Part shown: positions 52,968 to 62,117 of the stretch, piece by piece
Position numbering within the stretch: the first letter of the stretch is position 1
Layout of the letters: each line of letters starts with the position of its first letter
Origin: SAR324 cluster bacterium SAR324-CTD7B
Lineage (GTDB): Bacteria > SAR324 > NAC60-12
Reading direction: 5' to 3'
Length of the DNA stretch: 64,000 nt
Assembly (NCBI GenBank): GCA_002082305.1
Contig: LSNO01000093.1
Span: forward strand, 1,337 to 65,336
Notes under the pieces: generated by a model
What the model saw: only the letters and a program-made list of their open reading frames with translations
Databases searched by the model: none
Told to the model about the DNA's origin: nothing
Position numbers and translations under genes: made by a program

Positions 52968-55775
52968 ATGAAGATTCTTTCAACCAATGTTTTTCAAGGT
53001 CCAAGCTTGTATGCCCATTTCCCGGTGATTAGACACGTTTTGGATTTAGGAGTGCTTGAAGAATGGCCCTCCACGCGTATTGGGCAGGATTACGTTGATC
53101 AGTTAGTTGAAATACTGCCGGGACTGAAAGAACATGGATGCTCCTATCGTATTCCCGGTGGGTTCATTCGTCGATTACGTGAAGATGATGGTACATGGAT
53201 GGGACACATCATGGAGCATGTTGCTTTGGAACTGCAGGGCATTGCAGGGTCTGAGGTAACATTTGGCCGCACCCGCTCCACAGGCAATCCCGGCGAATAT
53301 AACATGGTGTTCCAGTACATGCAGCGGGATGTAGGCTTGAAAGCCAGTGAACTCGCACTGAGGTTGCTTCTGTGTCTGCTTCCGGACTCACTCAAAAAAC
53401 AACTGGATACTCCCCCTTCTGCTGATTTTAATTTTGAAGAGGAGCGCGATGCTTTCATTCGCTTTGCACAGCGTCATGAATTTGGACCCAGTACAGCCTC
53501 TTTAGTCAATGCTGCCAAAGAGCGTGGAATTCCATACCTGCGACTGAACCGGTTTAGCCTTGTGCAGTTTGGTCATGGAAAATATCAACGCCGAATACAG
53601 GCCACAATCACCAGTGAAACTCGGCAGATTGCTGTAGTCATTGCCGGTGATAAAGAAGAAACCCACACCATACTGTACGATCTTGGCCTGCCCACCACCA
53701 TGCAGCGTCTGGCCTATAGTGAAGAGGAAGCGGTCAGTCAAGCAGAAAATCTTGGATTCCCTGTGGTTGTGAAACCACTCGATGGCAACCATGGACGTGG
53801 CGTCTCGATCAATCTCATTAGCGATGAGCAAGTTGTATTGGGTTTTAATGAAGCTCGTGCCCAAAGCAATAACGAGGCGATCATTATCGAAAATTACGTT
53901 ACGGGTTTTGATCATCGAATGCTGGTGGTCAACGGAGAGTTGGTTGCCGTTTCCAAACGTGTTCCGGGACACGTAGTAGGCGATGGAGAAAAAACTATTG
54001 AGGAACTGGTGGAAATTGTCAATAGTGATCCTCGCCGTGGAATTGGTCACGAAAAAGTACTGACTCGTCTGAAGTTTGATGAGCAGGCGGAAAGACTGAT
54101 GAAAAAATCTGAATACAGCAGTCAAACAGTTTTAACCAAGGGTGAAATTTTTTACCTGCGTTCCACAGGGAATCTATCAACTGGTGGTACAGCGATTGAT
54201 TTGACAGATGTAGTGCATCCTGATAATCGAGAAATGGCTGTAAGAGCAGTAAAATCTATTGGGTTGGATGTAGGTGGAGTTGATTTTCTGACGGACGATA
54301 TCACCCAGTCTTACAAGGATATTGGCGGCGCCATTGTTGAAGTTAACTCTGCTCCCGGATTCCGTATGCATGTAGCTCCCAGCGAAGGTAAACCGCGTGA
54401 TGTCGCAACCTCTGTAATGGACATGCTGTTTCCACCAGGATCTCCCAGTTGTATACCGATTGCCGCTATTACAGGAACTAACGGAAAAACCACTACTGCC
54501 AGGATGCTTTCATATATCATGAAGACCAGCGGGAATACAGTGGGAATGACTTCCACAGATGGGGTTTATATAGATGGTCACCTGACTGTAAAAGGTGACA
54601 TGACCGGTCCAGTTTCCTCTCAAATGGTACTCCGTGATCCATCGGTAGATGTAGCAGTGATGGAAGTTGCCCGTGGTGGAATGCTGAAGAAAGGAGTTGG
54701 ATTCCCCAAATGTGATGTGGCAGCATGCCTCAATGTTTCTGCAGATCACCTCGGACTAAGAGGCATTGATACCGTAGAACAACTTGCTCGAGTAAAGCGC
54801 ATTATTATTGAAATTGCCACTGATACTGCAGTACTAAATGCAGACGATTCACTTTGTCTGGAAATGGCAAATCATACCAAGGCGGAAAATATTTGTTATG
54901 TAACTTTAGCTGACAATCATCCTCTGGTGCGTAAACACATCCGTGCTGAAGGCAGGGCGGTAGTGCTGGAAAAGGGGCTCAATGGAGACATGATCACACT
55001 TTACGATAAGGGCGCTCATATTCCTTTGCTCTGGACACACCTGATTCCGGCAACTTTGGAAGGCAAAGCAGTACATAATGTTCAAAATGCAATGTTTGCC
55101 GCAGCTCTCTCCTTCAGCATGGGAGTGCCATTGGATGACATCCGTCATGGATTGCGTACCTTTAACACTACTTTCTTCCAGGCTCCGGGACGCATGAATA
55201 TTTTTGATGATCATCCATTTAAAGTTATCCTGGATTATGCCCATAACCCTGCAGCTTTCAAGGGTATGTGTCACCTGGTATCACGCATGGAAACTCCTGG
55301 AAAAAATATTTGTGTGATTTCCATGCCCGGTGATCGGCGTGATGAGGACATTCAGGAAGTTGGAAAAACTGTCTCTGGAGTTTTTGACCATTTTATTTGT
55401 AAAGCAGATGATGATCGCCGAAAGCGGGGTTATGACGAAATACCAAAAATGCTCCGGAAAATCCTGCTGAAAAATGGTGTTTCTGAAGACTGTATTGATG
55501 TGGTTCCGGATGAAGTTGAATCAATTCATCGGGGGTTGACTCTGGCTCAGCCAGGTGATTTACTGATGGTGTTTGGAGATAATGTCTCCCGCAGTTGGAA
55601 ACAGATTGTCCACTTTAACGAAGATTTAGAGTTACCGAGTATCCAGCCAAAACAGCAACCCAAAGAGGAGGATTCAGTTGAGGCCTTTGTTGAACCATTT
55701 ACTATGGTGGCCGGACAACGTATTATTCAAGATGAACGGGGAGTACGTCTTGCCAGTGAAGAGGAAGCGGATTGA
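52968..55775 (+). CDS. cphA: Cyanophycin synthetase (CphA1, all three domains)
   Basis: N domain HGCSY..GGF..GHIMEH. ATP-grasp KPLDGNHGRGV, NLSTGG, EVNSAPGFRMH. Mur-ligase GTNGKTT, ARGG, DHLG, DYAHN. Confidence 0.96.
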   Translation: MKILSTNVFQGPSLYAHFPVIRHVLDLGVLEEWPSTRIGQDYVDQLVEILPGLKEHGCSYRIPGGFIRRLREDDGTWMGHIMEHVALELQGIAGSEVTFGRTRSTGNPGEYNMVFQYMQRDVGLKASELALRLLLCLLPDSLKKQLDTPPSADFNFEEERDAFIRFAQRHEFGPSTASLVNAAKERGIPYLRLNRFSLVQFGHGKYQRRIQATITSETRQIAVVIAGDKEETHTILYDLGLPTTMQRLAYSEEEAVSQAENLGFPVVVKPLDGNHGRGVSINLISDEQVVLGFNEARAQSNNEAIIIENYVTGFDHRMLVVNGELVAVSKRVPGHVVGDGEKTIEELVEIVNSDPRRGIGHEKVLTRLKFDEQAERLMKKSEYSSQTVLTKGEIFYLRSTGNLSTGGTAIDLTDVVHPDNREMAVRAVKSIGLDVGGVDFLTDDITQSYKDIGGAIVEVNSAPGFRMHVAPSEGKPRDVATSVMDMLFPPGSPSCIPIAAITGTNGKTTTARMLSYIMKTSGNTVGMTSTDGVYIDGHLTVKGDMTGPVSSQMVLRDPSVDVAVMEVARGGMLKKGVGFPKCDVAACLNVSADHLGLRGIDTVEQLARVKRIIIEIATDTAVLNADDSLCLEMANHTKAENICYVTLADNHPLVRKHIRAEGRAVVLEKGLNGDMITLYDKGAHIPLLWTHLIPATLEGKAVHNVQNAMFAAALSFSMGVPLDDIRHGLRTFNTTFFQAPGRMNIFDDHPFKVILDYAHNPAAFKGMCHLVSRMETPGKNICVISMPGDRRDEDIQEVGKTVSGVFDHFICKADDDRRKRGYDEIPKMLRKILLKNGVSEDCIDVVPDEVESIHRGLTLAQPGDLLMVFGDNVSRSWKQIVHFNEDLELPSIQPKQQPKEEDSVEAFVEPFTMVAGQRIIQDERGVRLASEEEAD

Positions 55776-55801
55776 AAACCCCACTATTACTGTAAGCAAT
55801 C

Positions 55802-57550
55802 TTGGTGAAACTAACACTCGAAAGCTGTCGCCGTTTAACGGGTCCAAGTCTGTATTTCCAGAATCCTGGAACTGTACTTGACGTTTTTGTTTCCGGGGTT
55901 AGGTTGGAAGATGTTGTGGCATGCTGGCAGGAAGAAGTTAATAAATTACGGGAGGCAGTCTCTTGGAAACTGTCACCCTTGCATGTCAGGGAAACACATC
56001 CACAGGGAGCGAGTTTGGCCTTCAATGCGTCTATGGACCTGGTTTACTCTGCATCTGAACTTAATGAAGCAGCTTGGAACAACTCAGTCGCACGGCTTTA
56101 TGGTGAAGTTCCTGAAGACTTCGATGGTATTGTATCAAAACTCAAAGCGCAAATAGAGCAGGAAAGCAACCCAGTCCTGCTAAAACTTAATGAGGCGGCA
56201 AACAAAAAAGGCATTCAACTACTGTCTGATGACGAAACCCTTACACTTGGCCTTGGAGTTGGCTCACAAAGCTGGTCTTTAAGGGAGCTTCCCAGTCCGG
56301 ATGAGGTGGATTGGAATGCTCTCCACAACATCCCCGTAACACTTATCACCGGAACTAATGGCAAATCTACCTCCGGTAGAATGCTAGCTGCTATTGTCAG
56401 TGCTGATGGGAAAACTCCTGGACTGACTTCTACCGACTGCATCCAGGTCGGAACTGATATTCTAGATACAGGAGATTATTCCGGACCGGGGGGAGCACTC
56501 GCGGTACTGAGTGATAAACGTGTGGAATTTGGTGTGCTTGAATCAGCGCGTGGCGGCATTCTACGTCGGGGGCTGGGAGTGACTCAGGCTCAGGCCGGAA
56601 TTATTACTAATGTAGCTGAAGAGCATTTGGGCGAATATGGTGTCCGGAGTCTCGCCGACCTTATAGATGTAAAATTTACAATCCTACGTCCTCTTGAAAT
56701 ATTCGGGGGCATGCTGGTTCTCAATGCAGACGACGAAGGACTGGTGGAATACGCCAAAAATTTAAACCATCCTTTGTGTTGGTTCAGTCTGGAGAAAGAC
56801 TCTCATATCCTGTATGAACACCGGAAACAGGGAGGTCCCATTTGTTATGTTGAACAGGGAAAAATATATTTTCTGCATCACGATTCTGTCCAATTCATCC
56901 TGAATGTGAATGAAATTCCGATTACTCTAAATGGTGCTGCACGTTATAATGTAGCCAATTCTCTCGGTGTTATTGCTTTGGCCAAAAATTTGGGTTTCTC
57001 AAATGAAGTGATTGCAGGAGCACTTAAGAGCTTTCAGGGTGACCTCAAGGATAATCCCGGGCGAGGCAATTATCTGACACTTCCTCTTCCCAAACCAAAT
57101 CGTTCTCAAAATTCAACAGAGGAGCAATCCTTTCAGGTGTTGATAGATTTTGCACATAATGCACACGGATTGAGTGCAATTTGTGAAACTCTCATCAGGC
57201 TTCCTGCAAAACGAAGGCTGGTTGTGGCTGGTCATGTTGGCAGCCATAGCGACGAAGAAATACGGGAAATGACTCGTGTGGTTGCCAAAATCAAACCGGA
57301 ATATTTTTATTCTCCTGAAATGCTGGATTATTTACGGGGGAGAAAAGCAGGAGAAATCTCCAAATTGGTTTTTGATGAATTACGGCAACTGGGATATGCT
57401 GAAGAAAAACTCAGCACGGCTAACACTTGCCTGGAGGCTGTAAAATCTGCAGTTGAGCATGTTCAAGCGGGCGACCTGCTGATGCTGGTTGGTCTTGACG
57501 AGCGAAAAGAAACTCTTGCTTATCTTGAAGAACTTAAATTGCAAATATAA
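55802..57550 (+). CDS. CphA-related Mur-ligase protein lacking the ATP-grasp domain
   Basis: N-terminus RRLTGPSLY..VLD resembles that of CphA. It jumps straight to IPVTLITGTNGKST, ESARGGILRRGLG, EHLG, NADD, PGRGN, DFAHN. Confidence 0.8.
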   Translation: MVKLTLESCRRLTGPSLYFQNPGTVLDVFVSGVRLEDVVACWQEEVNKLREAVSWKLSPLHVRETHPQGASLAFNASMDLVYSASELNEAAWNNSVARLYGEVPEDFDGIVSKLKAQIEQESNPVLLKLNEAANKKGIQLLSDDETLTLGLGVGSQSWSLRELPSPDEVDWNALHNIPVTLITGTNGKSTSGRMLAAIVSADGKTPGLTSTDCIQVGTDILDTGDYSGPGGALAVLSDKRVEFGVLESARGGILRRGLGVTQAQAGIITNVAEEHLGEYGVRSLADLIDVKFTILRPLEIFGGMLVLNADDEGLVEYAKNLNHPLCWFSLEKDSHILYEHRKQGGPICYVEQGKIYFLHHDSVQFILNVNEIPITLNGAARYNVANSLGVIALAKNLGFSNEVIAGALKSFQGDLKDNPGRGNYLTLPLPKPNRSQNSTEEQSFQVLIDFAHNAHGLSAICETLIRLPAKRRLVVAGHVGSHSDEEIREMTRVVAKIKPEYFYSPEMLDYLRGRKAGEISKLVFDELRQLGYAEEKLSTANTCLEAVKSAVEHVQAGDLLMLVGLDERKETLAYLEELKLQI

Positions 57551-57551
57551 A

Positions 57552-59048
57552 ATGTCTCAAACCAAAAAAGTCGATCTCATTCTGCGCAACGCCCGAATAA
57601 TCGATGGTACAGGCGGGCCCTCTCAATACGGCGACGTGGCAATCCAAGACGATCGTCTGCTGGCAGTGGGTGAAACAGGTAATATTCAGGCAAGTCGTGA
57701 ACTTGATGTGGGAGGAAAAGTGGTTTGTCCCGGTTTTGTTGATAGCCATACTCACGATGATCGATTGTTACTCTCTGATCCAAACATGAGTTGTAAGGTT
57801 AGCCAGGGTGTAACCACTGTGGTTGCCGGAAACTGCGGGATAAGTCTCGCACCATTGCAAATAGATCATCGGCCTCCTCCTCCGCTAGATGTGCTGGTTA
57901 AACACCAGGATCAATTCTTTAGCGGCTTTGGCACATACCTCCAGACATTAGCCGAAGAACCTCCTTCACTCAATGCTCTTTGTCAGGTGGGTCACACTAC
58001 ACTTCGGGCAGCTGTCATGGATTCTTATGATCGTCCTGCAAATGCAGAAGAAGTAAGTAAAATGCGAAAAATGCTGGAGGATTCTCTGGAAGCTGGAGCC
58101 TGTGGAATGAGTACCGGGCTTTTTTATGCACCCGCAAACGCAGCGCCAACTTCGGAGGTTATCGAACTCGCCCGCGCTTTGCATGAACACGGGGCTTTTC
58201 ACACGACTCACATGCGGGACGAAGGCGAAGGGGTTGCCGATTCGTTGCGTGAAACATTCACTATTGGAGCCGAAGCAGAAATTCCAGTGGTGATTTCACA
58301 TCACAAATGCAGCGGTGCCCCCAATCACGGCCGTTCGTTGGAAACTTTAGCCCTGATTGATAAAGCAAGAAAGGTTCAAGCTTTAGGACTTGATGCTTAT
58401 CCCTACACAGCCAGTTCGACTGTTCTTTCAGCCTATCGAAATTTCGAAGCAAAGAAGGTGTTGATAACTTGGTCGGAGCCGATGCCGGAATATGCAGGGA
58501 GAGAGCTCTCTGAAATCGCCAAGGAACTAGGAATGAGCGAGAAAGAGGCCGTGGAAGCCCTGAATCCTGGAGGTGGAATTTTTTTCATGATGGATGAAGA
58601 AGACGTACAACGCATCCTCGCCTTTCCACAAACCATGATCGGCTCGGATGGTCTGCCCTCCGATACGCACCCTCATCCACGGCTTTGGGGAACTTTCCCA
58701 CGGGTCTTGGGACACTATGTCCGGGAGGTCAAGCTGTTCAGTCTCGAAGAGGCAGTGCGCAAAATGACATCCCTGCCGGCAGCCTGTTTTGGTCTCAAGG
58801 AACGGGGAATACTTAAGCCTGGAAACTATGCCGATTTGGTTATTTTTGATCCGGATACCATTGTGGACAGTGCAACTTTTGATGACCCTGTTCGTCCTGC
58901 ACAGGGCATTGAACAAGTTATGGTCAACGGTCGAGTGGTATGGAAAGATGGTGAACACACTGGCGATCGTCCTGGCCGGGCCCTGCGTCTTCAAGATTTG
59001 GCACCATTTCGTTTTGATGCGCACCCTGAAAACGTTTCTTCAATCTAG
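57552..59048 (+). CDS. N-acyl-D-amino-acid deacylase (amidohydrolase)
   Basis: IIDGTG, PGFVDSHTHDD, GNCG, THMRDE, SHHK, GSDG, PHPRLWGTFPR. ATG is 1 nt after the upstream stop. Confidence 0.9.
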   Translation: MSQTKKVDLILRNARIIDGTGGPSQYGDVAIQDDRLLAVGETGNIQASRELDVGGKVVCPGFVDSHTHDDRLLLSDPNMSCKVSQGVTTVVAGNCGISLAPLQIDHRPPPPLDVLVKHQDQFFSGFGTYLQTLAEEPPSLNALCQVGHTTLRAAVMDSYDRPANAEEVSKMRKMLEDSLEAGACGMSTGLFYAPANAAPTSEVIELARALHEHGAFHTTHMRDEGEGVADSLRETFTIGAEAEIPVVISHHKCSGAPNHGRSLETLALIDKARKVQALGLDAYPYTASSTVLSAYRNFEAKKVLITWSEPMPEYAGRELSEIAKELGMSEKEAVEALNPGGGIFFMMDEEDVQRILAFPQTMIGSDGLPSDTHPHPRLWGTFPRVLGHYVREVKLFSLEEAVRKMTSLPAACFGLKERGILKPGNYADLVIFDPDTIVDSATFDDPVRPAQGIEQVMVNGRVVWKDGEHTGDRPGRALRLQDLAPFRFDAHPENVSSI

Positions 59049-59151
59049 GACAGTAAGTACCCTCCTCCTTTTCTATAGCAAATAAAGGGAACTATAAAAT
59101 CGTAGACCTGCACAAAGACTTTGCATTCACTGGATTTTAAGTTGTCAGGAA

Positions 59152-59196
59152 TTGACAGTGCTTAAAACTGGTAATAAATATTCGAAATGTTATAGT
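59152..59196 (+). promoter_or_regulatory. Candidate sigma70 promoter elements
   Basis: TTGACA (59152) with TAAATA at 17 nt, plus an extended-10 TGTTATAGT (59188). Confidence 0.35.
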
Positions 59197-59226
59197 GTTT
59201 CACTACTTTAACCATGAACAGAAATC

Positions 59227-60195
59227 ATGCCGACAAAAGACGATCTCACGTATCCTGTTTCGCTGACACCACCGGATATTTCCGCCTATCGAGCAGGAAA
59301 TATTGGCGTGGAATATGTCCATCAATTTGATTCAGGAAAACCGGGTCCACATGTGATGATCAGCGCGGTGGTGCATGGAAACGAGTTATGTGGTGCTATA
59401 GCTGTGGATCATCTCCTGAAAAACGAAGCGCGTCCTCTTCATGGAAAACTGACTATGGCTTTTATGAATGTGGAGGCATTCCTCAGATTTGATCCGGAAA
59501 ATCCCACCGCGTCCCGGTATGTTGATGAAGACTTTAACCGACTTTGGACTACAGAAGTTTTAGATGGGAATCGTGACAGCGTCGAATTAAGAAGAGCCCG
59601 TGAATTGCGTCCAATTGTGGATACCGTTGATTTTTTGCTGGACATCCACTCCATGCAAACCGTAACCCCACCATTAATGATGGCCGGGCCACTTTCTAAA
59701 GGACGGAGATTTGCTGAACAGATTGGTATTCCTGAAACAGTTATCACGGATTCCGGACACAAAGCTGGACGTCGGATGCGTGACTACGAAGGATTTTCTG
59801 ATCCGGACAGTCCAAAAAATGCTTTGCTTGTTGAATGCGGACAGCACTGGGAAAAAAGCAGTTCTGAGTTAGCAATCACCTCTGCTTGGCGTTTCCTTAG
59901 TATTCTTGGTGTAATTTTGGCAGAAACAGCTGCACCTCATTTACGTGTTTTGTCTCCGACTAAACAACACTTCGTTGATGTTTCCGGACCGTATACCATC
60001 CAGACTGATTCGTTCCAATTTGTCGAACCGTTTGTCGGACTTGAGGTGATTCCTGCTGCAGGAACTATTATCGGTCACGATGGGGACGACCCGGTAAAAA
60101 CACCGTACAATAACTGCGTCCTCATCATGCCTTCCCGTCGACAGTTGCGGGGGGATTCGGCGGTTCGTTTCGGAAGGTTTTTAGACATGGCCTGA
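59227..60195 (+). CDS. Succinylglutamate desuccinylase/aspartoacylase (M14) family hydrolase
   Basis: VHGNE, DFNR, LLDIHS, VECGQH zinc-carboxypeptidase motifs. Confidence 0.88.
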   Translation: MPTKDDLTYPVSLTPPDISAYRAGNIGVEYVHQFDSGKPGPHVMISAVVHGNELCGAIAVDHLLKNEARPLHGKLTMAFMNVEAFLRFDPENPTASRYVDEDFNRLWTTEVLDGNRDSVELRRARELRPIVDTVDFLLDIHSMQTVTPPLMMAGPLSKGRRFAEQIGIPETVITDSGHKAGRRMRDYEGFSDPDSPKNALLVECGQHWEKSSSELAITSAWRFLSILGVILAETAAPHLRVLSPTKQHFVDVSGPYTIQTDSFQFVEPFVGLEVIPAAGTIIGHDGDDPVKTPYNNCVLIMPSRRQLRGDSAVRFGRFLDMA

Positions 60196-60229
60196 GTTAG
60201 GACAATTTCACTTAAAATTAAGGATCAAC

Positions 60230-61687
60230 ATGCTACGCACAGGAAACGAATACCGCGAATCTATCAGGGACGGACGCGAAATCTGGATTGACGGAGAGCG
60301 CGTCCACGACATGACCACCCATCCGGCTTTCAAACCGATTATTGACGTGCGGGCAAGGATGTACGATATGGCTCATGAAACTCAATATCAAGCTCAGTTG
60401 AGTTATCAAGATGCAGAAACCAAAGAACTCAATACCACTTTTCATAAACCGCCCCGAACTCCTGAAGATTGGCAGGAAAAAGATGCGGCTTTGGATGCCG
60501 TGATGAAAGACATCGGCGGCGTGGTGATTCGCGTGAGTGATGAATCGGTTGGAGAAATGTGGTCGCTTTACGATGGTCAGGAAATGCTCAATGAGGTCGA
60601 TCCGCAGTTTGCGAAAAACATTGAACAGCATATTCTCCGGACAACCCGCGAAGACCCTTTTCACGTTTCGGCCAATACCGATCCCAAAGGCGACCGCTCC
60701 AAAACGCCGCAGGAGCAAGACCCGGATATGTTACTGCACGTCGTCAAAGAAACCGATGCAGGGATCATTGTGCGCGGTGCAAAATTTGAAACGGCGGCGT
60801 CCTATGCCAATCAAGCTTTTGTCAAACCGACCATTGCCGGATGGGCCGGAAACGAAAAACTTTCGGATTATGCGGTCAGTTTTATTTGCGATATGGGTGC
60901 TTCCGGACTCAAACACATTTGCCGGAGCGGATTCGCCGGACGCTTGCCGATCGAAGATTATCCGCTGGCCAACCGTTTTGATGAAGTCGATACTTTGCTG
61001 GTGTTTGATAATGTTTTGATTCCGTGGGAAAATGTGCTTTTTTATCGCCACACCAAAGCGGCGGCGTTTATCCGCGCCACGCTTCACCGTTACAGTGCTT
61101 ATCCTTTTGTGATGCGTCTGCGTTATGTTGCGGACATGATCATCGGAGCCGCACTTTTCAATGTCAAACAAACCGGACTCGACAAAAATCAGGCAGTCCG
61201 CGAAAAACTGGCCACACTCGCCTGTTACCGCGAAGGAATTCACGCCCATCTCACGGCTTCGATTGCGTTGGCGGAAAAAAGCCCCGGCGGTTTGCTGATG
61301 CCAAACCAATCACTACTTTACACCGGACGAATTCACGCGTGTTCCGGACTTCCGGAAATGATACATTTAGCGCGTGAACTTTGCGGCGGACAAATTTGCA
61401 TCACGCCCAACCATGCCGCATTTCAAGATACCGATTCCGGACAATGGCTGGAAAAATACTACACCGTTAACGAAAACTGGATTGCGGAAGACCGCCGGAA
61501 ATTGCTGGCTTTTGCCCGTGATTTACTCAATTCCGATTATGCCGGACATCGTTTGACTTTTCAGTTGTTTGCGCAGTCTCCGCCTTTTGCGCATCTGAAT
61601 GCAGTCTATAACAATTTCGATTTTTCCGGGCCGCTGGATTTTGTCCGTAATGCCGCCGGATTGTCGGAAAAAGTGATGAAAACTTGA
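60230..61687 (+). CDS. 4-hydroxyphenylacetate 3-hydroxylase family flavin-dependent monooxygenase (oxygenase component)
   Basis: RTG.EYRESIRDGR.IWIDGE, HPAFK, TDPKGDRS, GIIVRGAK, RFDEVD..VFDNVLIPWE. Confidence 0.9.
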   Translation: MLRTGNEYRESIRDGREIWIDGERVHDMTTHPAFKPIIDVRARMYDMAHETQYQAQLSYQDAETKELNTTFHKPPRTPEDWQEKDAALDAVMKDIGGVVIRVSDESVGEMWSLYDGQEMLNEVDPQFAKNIEQHILRTTREDPFHVSANTDPKGDRSKTPQEQDPDMLLHVVKETDAGIIVRGAKFETAASYANQAFVKPTIAGWAGNEKLSDYAVSFICDMGASGLKHICRSGFAGRLPIEDYPLANRFDEVDTLLVFDNVLIPWENVLFYRHTKAAAFIRATLHRYSAYPFVMRLRYVADMIIGAALFNVKQTGLDKNQAVREKLATLACYREGIHAHLTASIALAEKSPGGLLMPNQSLLYTGRIHACSGLPEMIHLARELCGGQICITPNHAAFQDTDSGQWLEKYYTVNENWIAEDRRKLLAFARDLLNSDYAGHRLTFQLFAQSPPFAHLNAVYNNFDFSGPLDFVRNAAGLSEKVMKT

Positions 61688-61700
61688 AAAGGAACATTTG

Positions 61701-62117
61701 ATGGCACACCAACGAATCAGAAAATTCAACACCAAAGACACTTATCCGGATCAGGATTTGGATAATGATTTGTGTCAAGTGGTACGCGCCGGAAACACGC
61801 TTTATTTGCGTGGACAAGTCGGCACAGATTTTGACGGAAATCTCATTGGTTTCAATGACCCCGAAGCTCAAACCGAACAAGCGATGAAAAATGTCAAACA
61901 ACTTTTGGAAGAAGCCGGAAGTTGTCTCGATCATGTTTGTAAAATCACGATTTATTTGACGAGCAGGGAAATTCGAGAAGCCGTTTATCGCACGGTCGGC
62001 AAATGGCTCAAAGGCGTGTTTCCGGTTTCAACCGGAGTCATTGTGGCAGGGTTGGCAAAACCGGAATGGTTGCTGGAAGTAGATGTGATTGCCGTAATAC
62101 CGGAGGAGGACAAATGA
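61701..62117 (+). CDS. RidA/YjgF family protein
   Basis: LRGQVG, QTEQAM.N..LLEEAG, PVSTG..V.GLA.PEWL.EVD. Confidence 0.9.
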   Translation: MAHQRIRKFNTKDTYPDQDLDNDLCQVVRAGNTLYLRGQVGTDFDGNLIGFNDPEAQTEQAMKNVKQLLEEAGSCLDHVCKITIYLTSREIREAVYRTVGKWLKGVFPVSTGVIVAGLAKPEWLLEVDVIAVIPEEDK

